Positions 53,790-64,000 of a stretch of DNA of 64,000 nt are shown piece after piece. The stretch is from Botryllus schlosseri (taxonomy: Eukaryota), in assembly GCA_051294905.1 (NCBI GenBank), contig CM119380.1:17298001-17362000 (forward strand), in the 5' to 3' direction. A model generated the notes under the pieces. That model did no database searches, had not been told where the DNA came from, and saw only the letters and a list, made by a program, of their open reading frames with translations. Each line of letters begins with the position of its first letter. Positions within the stretch are counted from its first letter, which is position 1. Both the position numbers and the translations under genes were made by a program.

Positions 53790-56700
53790 CACTAGACAGT
53801 GGATGGAAGTATTCTGCAAATTTGGAAATGTGTAGCGAATTGGTAAAGGTATTCTAACTGACCGTACATAAACATATACGATAGCCCCATTGCCGTACTC
53901 AGACATGCATCTTCAGCAAGCTATAAGAACAGCGTCTTGAGAAGTCGGCACGAAAACTGAAGCAAACCTTTCGTTAATTATGGAAGTAAGGCTAGGCCTT
54001 CGGAATTTATGTTAAATCCGCGGTACCTTTGATGGAAGCGCTCATTCGAGGCAAAGATTACCCTGCACACCGCATCTTCATAACCGTGCTATAAAAGCAT
54101 AGCTAGTTATTTTAATGCCGATAACCGCTGCCTACTAAGGTGGAGTATTTAGCGATCCGATTAACGTAGCAATGCACTGAATACCGTGTTGCCTGGCTAC
54201 AGTTATTAGTTTCAACTCTCCGTATACGCTTCATTAATTTTCACATCACCTCTTTGACGCACCGGAATAAAACAACTTTGCGCGATTAGCTGCAACGATA
54301 AATAGATGCGCAATTAGCAGATGACCACCACTGTGTACCGAGTCTAAAATATACCCGGCTACAAGAAGAACGAGTAATCCTGTTAACCTTTGACATTCGA
54401 TGTGCTACACATGATTTGCGCTGCGCAAACGCAAAGATACTGGTATAGAAAGGGGCGACCTTTTAACCCGATAACATAAAGTGTATTTATTAATAGCGTT
54501 CACAAGAACAAATACCAGAGTAAAACGGATACCGCCTATCAAATCCACTGTGACTCCACCATTTCGCATACAGCTGTATTCCCAGCCATTGTCACAATAC
54601 ATAATTCTTCAGACGCGGTGCGTTTGCGTACCCATATTTGCCAACTGTGTCATACAGGTCGATTTTGTCTGCTTACGCCGATAAGATTGCGCATTACAGC
54701 AATTTCCCAGAGCCTCGGCCGCGATGGGCGGTTCACGACGCGCCGGGCCTTGATCTTTTTTAAAATTGAATTCGAAAATGGCAAAATAATTCGCAAAATT
54801 GCATTTGTTACCGGAAATTGGATAGCTAACTCGATTTAGATCAACAACGTCAAGAAGTCAGCGACATTATGCCAACTACTTTCGACCCTATATCTCGCAA
54901 GGGACGAGTGCCAATTTCAGTGTATGAGAAACTCATTTTTCAATCTTCGAGCAATAGTCGTCAGCAAAGCAGGAATAGGTGGGATTTCCAATGGCACAAG
55001 TTATATTAAGATCGACAATCATTATATCTGAATCCGAATGAGAATACACGGCATCGTATTGAGTCAGTAAGAAAAATAAGTCAGTACCGAGCCTCCGAGC
55101 CTCGAATGATTTTACATTTACATAGTTCGGTTGGCAGGTGGGCAACACAAATTACACTGCGAATTCGTCTCGCATGAAAGTTTGATAAGATAGCATCCGG
55201 CATATAAGTATTTCCCCACCTCCTAGGAACGCCAAATGCAACTGAGCAGTGAGCACATTTCGATCTCATAACCCTTCGTCCCCAAAGGGCAAAACCCTTG
55301 TAATAGGCCTGGCACTGGTCTCGCGGATATATACTGGCACTGCGACCAATTTTGACTATCAAAAGATACATCTCATACCTTAACCACTATACGCAATACG
55401 CATACATATACTCACGATTGGCATGCGACATAATATTGCTAGAATAACAAATATGCCCATTGCCCAAGTACGCGAGGATATGCAAGACACATAGCGTGTG
55501 TTTGCAAACAGCACACAGGCTGCTGTGGACATAATACAAGGAATTTCCTGGCTAACAGTTGTACGATGTCGAAAATATGTACTAATGCTCTATTGCATCA
55601 ATAAATAATAAGGTGTATTGATACTGTATATTTACACGGCTTATATACAATGCATAAAGGCACTTAATCATAGTGATGTGGTTGCACCGCGAGATGATAA
55701 TGACAGCAAGATAATTTGACATCTAAGTTCTACAAATGCGTCAACATGGCTATCGGTAAGACAGTAAGTTTGGTAATGCAGTATAATATGGTGGAATATG
55801 ATTCAGGCGCTTACGAGCTCCTCTAATTTGAGCTATCTTAGCGTCGCTGATATACCACATGCCGGCGGGGATACGCAATGCGAAATGCTGGTAATTTACC
55901 TCAAAATTCACGATGATGATATGCAAGGCAGAGTCGCGAGAATATTTTCGCCGAATTACAAAGTTCAGTTCTAGCAATGATCTCAGGGTTTCGCCGTAAC
56001 AATTGCAATGTCGTACAGACAGATAAAATGAAAAATAAATTGAGCGGCTGATGTTCATCTTCAAATATCTGGTAAATCCTACAAGCTTTCTGAGAGCATA
56101 TGACAGTCCCGTGGCTGCATGGTACTCTCACGCATATTATAAAATGTGAATGGCGCATTCGCTTATGCAGCAATCGGAAAGCACATGTATTTGACATTTA
56201 GCATATATCTGCGGTAAAGCGCTCAAGTGTTGACAGTCATGACAGATGTAACACATTCGACCACCTCGCTGAACTTGCAGCATGATAAGCCGACCTTCAA
56301 GACAGTTCCTTGTCGTGATGTTAGTGATAACGAAATCTGCGATCCTGGCAGCTGGCAGCTCGGTATTTAAACACTTGGCAAATTATTACGGAAACCGATT
56401 TTACCATCAGTTCCATGACGAAGGCGTTAAGCATCCCACAAATCCAAATATTTTGTCCACACTAAAATCTGCAACGTTGTGTACATAACGATGAACTCGG
56501 CCGGAGTCATCAAATACAGGATCTGTACAATGTCGCCTACATTAGGATTGTTCAGATTTGAAAAATGGTCAGGAAACTTCGGCCATTGTGATCCAAATGA
56601 TGGTTTGGTACATAAAAACACTTTTATGAGCAATTTTGATCATCTTCATCGTGGTCTTCCTTTCCCTAAAAGCCCCCAAAGATCCTGCGGCCATTATTGG

Positions 56701-59584
56701 AAGTGAACTAGGATTTGGACATGATGCGAAATAAATTATGGAATTCTACTTTGACTTGGATTTGCATCTCGAATCAAGAACAGGATTTGGATTTAAAAAT
56801 AGCAAAATATAAAATCGCCTAATCTCGGTCGTATGGCCACGAAGGACATTTGAACTAAATATAGAGGCGGGTAAAACAATATAACAGCCGGTAACAACAT
56901 TTAGCTTAACCTGATGCTGACTCAATGTCAGTCATTCAACTGAATCAAGGCATTGAGAATATATAGGGACGATCAATCTTATCAAGCTGTTCTCGCTCTC
57001 TCTCGCTTAAGTGTCTTTATTGCTACCGCAAATACCTGCTTAAATGAAAATAGAACGACGCAAAATCTGTCTACGAAGCGTTACAAATAAACTCATGTCA
57101 ACTCGACTATTCAGATGAATATCAGTGAGTAATTCTGAGGGCGTGAACCGCGAACCTGACAAATGTCGCATATTCAAATCCGCCGGGACTAACGAATTTG
57201 ATTCGGATTCGCTTCGACTTCGAAGCGCCCAGAGCTCAAAGTGAAACTCTCGCTATCGCGGAAGTCTTGTAAGGACCTATAGTTGTACAACAGAAACAGA
57301 GGAATGTTTGCCTACTCCTTTGAAGACTAATATTGCGGCTAGTGGAAAGTTTGCGTGTACCAGGCATTCGTCTCCCGATTTATGCCAGGCGCCAGCTTAT
57401 ATTGACAATCTTCGAGTCGTCGAACGGTCTATGGCCATACATTACACATAGGTTGAACCCAAAGACCACTTTCACTCTTATTCGCAATGAAGTCGCCTAT
57501 TGGGCGAGTTGAATCCCCAAACCAAGTTCAAATTAGTGCAAGCAGAAAGGCAGCTTTATTACATCACTATGGAAAGCTGCGAATTACGATTAGACAGGAA
57601 TGGTCCAAAGATCATACGAAATGTCATCTGCAGTCTGCGGGTGGGTAGTGGTAAGTGTCTGGGGAAGAGGGCTGCTGAATCTATACGCACGAGACATTGC
57701 CCAAGCCCATCTGTCAGCGCGTGGATGTGTAATACGAGTTTTCTCGACAAAGCAGACTGCAAACAGTGGTTCGCAACGTCTCCATATGTAATCCTTACTG
57801 TGCCGGCCGTTTAAACCAGATAACATAGTTACCCATAGTCATTCGCACCAAAAACGCCGTCTTTGCAAAACAGCCACTCGAGTCAGCAATATCGCGTAAG
57901 CTAAACCGGTATATCAAGAACTAGATATCTAATTCTATGTTTGTAAAATATCCCTGCCGAAAATACGCGAAGACGTGCGCCTCAGATGATCGAAAGAGAA
58001 TCTGATTGCACATAAATCTCAGCTCGTTGTACGTAAGCTCAGATTTGCCCTCCCAGCACTAGCATTACCAGCACTCCACGACCTGTCCGAAATATCATCA
58101 CAATTCACAATGCAGAGACACAGTTCCCGACCTCAACCAAACCGTTATTTCTCAGACACACCGACCGGGAATCCTGTCACCCGCCGCTAAATATTCGTCT
58201 ATTTGCCGCACGATTCCCGACCACAAACCGACACTATCCAAACGATATCCTCGTTGTTAACCCGAGAAGCCGTTTGAATGATTGGATAACCAGACTTTGT
58301 ACCGCGGCATTTCATCCACGCTTTTTTCCCACGAACTCCGCGGTGATTTGAAATTTTGTTGAGTTGGAATTTGTATTGACTTGTTTGCGCGATTCTAGTC
58401 GACGCAAAGGGAATTGGAAACCATAATTAGCGGCCGAAAAGGGTCATATAAAAACACTCGTTTCAGACTGACTACCCCACTTACACAAGCAAACGAAATT
58501 ACGAAAAATAATGGTTATCATTGCCCTCCAGCCGAGACATAAACTCCACCTTCGCGCAGTATACATAGAGAGACATTAGTATCCAAGGAACGACAAGTGG
58601 AACGGAACGCCACCCAAACATATGAAAAGACCTGAGTGCTAACAAAATATCTCCCCGAAGAAATGCCGCATCAATTACCGTAGAATACGCCGCAAACAAT
58701 GCTGTCCACGCAGTGGTGGTCAATCTCAATGTTTGTCCCCGGAAACATCCTCACTCAGAAGCAACCCTTCACGAGCTACGTCAATCTCGAGATGGGTAGG
58801 CCTACTCGTTACTGGACCACCTCATGAGATGGATTGCGCATCAGTGCATGTCCCCGCCACTCGAGCGTGATGTGCGTTTGAGAGGGTTTAACTCTTGGGA
58901 AACCAGAAACGTTGTGTCTGTGAACATACGGTGCATCGACCTCATCCGACTACCTGCTCTACTGAGGTCGATTACCACATCTAACAAGCAGTGAGATAGA
59001 AGCCTGGTGCGAACTGACAACGACAACAACAACGAAAACCGTCATTCTTTGCGAACCTGTATGGAATTGGTGTCCTGTGCTCATATTATGTTTTATTTTT
59101 TAATTATTTTTTATTAAATTACTTTAACTTGGAAAATCATCGCTGCTCACCTGATATATCAGGCAAAAAGGCCAGCGATTCCAATCAGGTTTGCGAACCC
59201 AACGGACAGTTTTTTACAAGCTATAGATTCAACAAAGCGCTCCCAGTTTTGACTACACTCTGGTCTTAATAAGACTGTCACGATTGTCAATCATAAAATA
59301 ATTTGCTATGATCACTAGGGCAGGACACGCTGATTCGAGTACTGAAATTTGAATCGAGTATTAATTGTATTGGTTGGAGTCGGGTAGAGAGAGAGATTTT
59401 TTCAAGCACTAAAATTTTTCCATCCTTGCCACTAAGCTTCGATTCGCCAACGAGAATTATACGTTCGTTACTATTTTCAACTGAGCAAGGCCGTAAACAT
59501 CGAATGGCATTATCGTAGCATTCCAAATGTGTAAAACAAAGCTACCGGGGCCTACTCGTAGGCCCCGAAGCTACTCGTGTTAGT

Positions 59585-59973
59585 TAGGGTTACCATATTT
59601 TGAGATCCCAGAAAGAGGACACTTTTAAAAATTCTGAAAGCTGTAGTAGTTTTCGACCAATAGTACCTGTGTTGACTAAAAAAAGGTCATCACTTTGACG
59701 CGACTCCCTAATTACCCACTTTCTTACGATACGTCTGTGGTGTTGATTAAAAAAAGGTCGCCACTTCGACTCGACCTCCGTCTTACCCGATTTTTTTTAC
59801 GAAATTCTCACGTTCGCAGCGTCTAGGTCGAGTTTTTGATGGCATTTTAATACTTTTTCTATAAAAATAGGACAAATCCCCCAAAGAGGATATTCAGACG
59901 TCCTCCGAGGACACTTTCAATTCATTGAAAAGAGAGGACAAATCCTGTTTAAAGAGGACGTATGGTAACCCTA
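59585..59973. mobile_element. hAT (TAGGGTTACCAT family) MITE, 389 bp
   Basis: Perfect 12-bp TIR and TSD GTGTTAGT / ATGTTAGT (7/8). Confidence 0.9.
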
Positions 59974-60831
59974 ATGTTAGTGGGAATGACATATCGGTGA
60001 AGTTGTGATGAACCCACAGGTTTATCGCAAAGTGCAATGAAAAATGGACGAACAAATACCAAATCCTTTTCCAATGAGATGTAGGACTGTCATTATAGTC
60101 CATATGGTCGCATAAAAGGTACGTATATGGGCTTTCCACATCATTCATACTGTCGTGGCGTCGTAATGAGTGATTCTGGAATGATCGACTTGTCTCGAAG
60201 CATAATACTCTATTCAGAATTGAATGACTCAGAAAAAAACTTTTCGGATTGCAGGTAATACCATCGGATAAATTTGCCCGAACACCTGAACCACAAAAAA
60301 AGCTGCGCAAAATACGATCTGTAAATACGTCGGCTTTCCATCGTGCAAAATTACAGTTATTAATTGATAAGTTTGCTTCCAGGAATATGCGTGATGTTGT
60401 GTTTTCGTATTATTTGAAAACGTAATGCGTAGGCTAACCCTGCTCAGACTGTAGGCCTACCCATGTTCAGTGTTCACGTGTATTGCCCCTGAACACATCA
60501 TGTATTTCGTGTGTCAACAGAGCATGAAAGAACTCGGAAATTGGCATCGTAAACAAAAGAGGATTAGTTCAATCACGATATTCAAATTAGATTCAAACCC
60601 ACAAGCATCCCAAGCATTGAAGGCGTGTCGTGTTGGTCACGGCAAAATAATGGACTTCTGGGGACGGTTCTGAACTTCTCTACAGATAGGAATCTAGAAC
60701 GTGGACCTGGGCATGGACAGGTTCAAATGTCTACACAAAACAGAAAACGGCCCTTCTTTCGCCCCACACAATAATCCGGAGTTCAGCCAGAGACAGCCAT
60801 AAAACGACACGGCGTGGTTATTTATTATTAC

Positions 60832-61222
60832 TAGGGCGATTTTTTATTACCTAAAAAACCGAAGATTGGGACCTAAAAAATGAAAATTTTGACGTTTTTT
60901 TGACATTAAAAAAATTAATTTTGACCAAATTTTGCATAATATCATGTCAACCTATCCGTTTCATTTGGCCGTTTATGATTCACAATGAGCTGTATGCAAC
61001 GGTAGGCTTATAAAGTAAAGCTGTATAATTTCAAATGGTAAGTTCATTCATAGCCTTTATATATAGGCTATGGTGCATCGGCAGTGCAAACATCTACGAC
61101 ACAAACGAAATGCTAGTTGCAAAGATTTTTTGACTTTGTAAACAATTTTGACAGTTTTTCGACCTAACGGTGCAATATTGGCAAAATTTTGACTTATTTT
61201 GACATGTCAAAAAATCGTCCTA
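60832..61222. mobile_element. hAT (TAGGGCGATT family) MITE, 391 bp
   Basis: TIR TAGGGCGATTTTTT / AAAAAATCGTCCTA and perfect TSD ATTATTAC. Confidence 0.92.
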
Positions 61223-63392
61223 ATTATTACCAATGTATATGACTTGCAGTGTCAAATGCCGAGATGCGATGGCGTCTTTGTCTGTGTTTAATACGCTATA
61301 GTGCACAATGCTGCACGCACCAAAGATATACGTGTGTTGCGTATCTTTTTCTACAGTTGCAAACGCGTTATGCATGTACTTTGTACATTGTAGCCTACGT
61401 TGTATAGGAGTAATAAATATCCAACTGAACGCTCAAATGAATCTTTGAAATAGCAACATTATTGTTAAAAATTTACGAAGTTTTACAACGTTGTCGATTC
61501 ACGGTAACAGTATTTTAGACTCGTCAGTCGCCAGGGACTCCAAATAGTTGATGGTGACCGAACAACGTAACGTGGTCCATTTGACTGGTAATCCCTTGTC
61601 ATCTGCTTTGCAGTGTGAGTGACAGTACGCGTCACAGACGCTGCTCCGCGATTTATATAAAGGGTTCGAGCCCAAAAGTCAACACGCTTCAGGAAGGCTT
61701 CTGAACTATCCGAAGACCCTCTCGTGGCTTATCGAGAGCCAGAGAATATTGTATCGAGAGGTCGTATCATTGTACGAAGAATTCCTCGCTGACATGGAAA
61801 TAACTCGAGATGCCCACACGCTCGTTAAGTTTGATTTCACGTCGTAATCTACAACTTCATTCGCGCAATACTGGCAGTCATCGAATGTGAAGAAGCTAAA
61901 TATCATCCTTGAAGAGCAGACCGCCCATCCTTTCCCACAAACATCTTGAAAGCAAAAAATCAATGACATCATAAAAAGTATTGGCGAGACAGAATGTCTG
62001 TATTTACGTGCCCTCTTCAGCCTTCGCCGTCTTCGCAGTGTAATTAATGGTTGTGATGCGGTATAGGGAAGCCGGGAATGATCAATGCATTGGCAACACA
62101 AGCTTTCTGTCATTCAGATGATAATGCCACGATTTGACCTTACCATGTAGTCGTGAATAAAATACTTTGGCCGGGCATGTATCCGGCACAATTGATGCCG
62201 GACTTTGTCTGATATTTGGCTCCGATCTGGATAACGGCAAAATTTACGTATGTCAAGTTGTTATACCTATTTAGACGAATTACCATGCTATGTAAGGACG
62301 TATATTTGGGCCAAACATTTCGAATGCATCGATTAGACCTAAATATCCGTAACTTCAGATGGTCATGAGATGCGACAGCTACGAGGAGGGTTTGTGCGAA
62401 TGCATGCCGAACATGTTACTTTAAGCATCGTGTTAATGTAGTGCCGTAGGTGACTCTCCATAACGGTCTGCTTTCTCACCATGTCTCCACTGATCAACCG
62501 ATGTCAACTAGTGATGAATTTAGAGGTTATAGAGTCGGACCGTTAAGAGTACCCGGTATTTATTTAACTGTTTTCGTAGCACCATTCTTCAGAGTACTAC
62601 ATTGCTTCATAGGATTTATGACACTCAATAGCGATCAATCACACAACGTGCGAGTTCATAAACGTAGAAATTTCTTGATCTATTACGCTGCGTAGTGAAC
62701 GCAGTGTTTGGGATGGTGTCAGAAACGGTACCGGTCAAACAGCGGATCGCTCGACCCCTTTTAACTTCGAATCTCTCCAGCCAAAAGAGCAAACACCGGT
62801 ATAATTGAGATGATGCGATAAGCCGCTTACCGTTGGTTGTACGGAAAGAGTCGCGGCAAACAGTGTTCGACCACATTTTTTCCTTACAGCTACGTTGCGG
62901 GATTAATTCCTTATAGGCTTCTGCGACATGTCGAAGTTTGCGGAGACGCAGACTTTCACACAAAGCTTCACATATTCAGCTGTTTGTGTGAATATATTTC
63001 GATTTATCGCCCAGGTGCTCGCCTCTCGACTCGAGTCAAAAGTCGATCAACTGGAACACTGTAGTGGCCAGGTGAGAGCGGCCGTATACGAGTCGGGCGA
63101 TACCATCAATAGAAATTCGTATATTAAAGTTCACATTAGGTTATCACAACTGTACGATGACGTAACATCATGACCATATGCTTGAGCTTGAAACATTTGA
63201 CCATAAGGTCCAGGGAACACATGAGATCTGCAAATAAATATGGACTCGACACCTCCGAGCCAGTGGAAAAGACGGAATTATCGACCCCGCGCAATTGAAA
63301 TCTGAAACTTGGATAAGCATAGAATGATCTTTAACAAATATCTATCGGATTCAATCCTATCATGTGAAGTTAACGTGAACCATCACTTAGCC

Positions 63393-63995
63393 CAGGGGTG
63401 GACAAACTTTTTAGCTCGTGGGCCGCATTCAAGATTTGAATCTATTCGCGGGCCGCACTATATAAAATGGGATACTAAGCCAAATTCAATATAGTTATTT
63501 GTGACCGACGACACGGAAATAGTATATATGCATTTATATGTTTAAAACAAACCAAACATTGATTTGATGATAACGTACACGCATCAGAAACATTGACGAG
63601 AATTTATAAGCTGGTCAAAATTGTGGAAGAAAGTCCGCTGTCCCTATTTTTAGAACTAAATGTAAATTTGAGTCTGTGAGCAGCGATCCGTTCAGAGATT
63701 TGCTGATTGTTTGCTGATGGTTTAACTCCAGGATAAGTACAGCACTAAAAGTAATGAACTTGCGAATCTAAATGCACGAGCCTCGACGTCAGGCTATCGC
63801 GCCATCAATGAAATAAAAAATACTGTGGTTACATTATAATTTATCATTATCATGTTGAAATATATCAAGAAAAGGCTTAATCAAGTGTCCGCAGTGATTT
63901 GATTTTTAGTAAGCATTTTATCAATATTTTTACGTTTCTTGGGGCTTTCACGAGCCGCACAAAACGGTTTTGGGGGACTTAGTTTGCCCACCCTG
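63393..63995. mobile_element. hAT (CAG-ended) MITE, 603 bp
   Basis: CAGGGGTGGACAAACT / AGTTTGCCCACCCTG. Left TSD is ACTTAGCC; the right flank ACTTG is cut off by the window edge. Confidence 0.75.
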
Positions 63996-64000
63996 ACTTG

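Noticed and set aside
54933-55148. GS.LG..LFFLL...SCFADD as a reverse-transcriptase remnant
   Set aside because: It needs a frameshift, the spacing is atypical, and no other RT motifs flank it.
56282-58729. Several 60-104-aa ORFs on both strands
   Set aside because: No domain signatures, no consistent exon chain, and lengths expected by chance.

Overview
AT-rich, intron-rich animal genomic DNA. It is not prokaryotic; an ascidian-like origin is only a guess. Most ORFs in the supplied track are spurious. Main content: (1) A complete 13-coding-exon minus-strand gene (45978 to 11671, 1818 nt, 605 aa). Its architecture is signal peptide, TSR, Cys-rich module, spacer, T/P-rich linker and NTR domain, i.e. 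ADAMTSL5-like. All introns are GT-AG and every phase is compatible. (2) The last two exons of a divergent NTR-domain paralog on the plus strand (1042-2164), tail-to-tail with gene 1. (3) An 8.66-kb CACTG-terminated CACTA/EnSpm-like element filling most of intron 8. It carries a decayed multi-exon SAMD3-like gene antisense to the host, a CCAAT/ETS cluster and a 125-bp minisatellite. (4) About 20 hAT-type MITEs or deletion derivatives, most with 8-bp TSDs I could read directly. (5) A 3' fragment of an RLE non-LTR retrotransposon and a tRNA-derived SINE family. (6) The most unusual signal: a ~170-210-bp hairpin retroposon, two copies with 12-13-bp TSDs. Its arms contain a minimal hammerhead-ribozyme core with a palindromic stem III, as in Penelope-like elements, and the intact motif lies on the host pre-mRNA strand. 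I could support no protein-coding gene between ~46.4 kb and 64 kb. All alignments were done by eye and no database searches were run.
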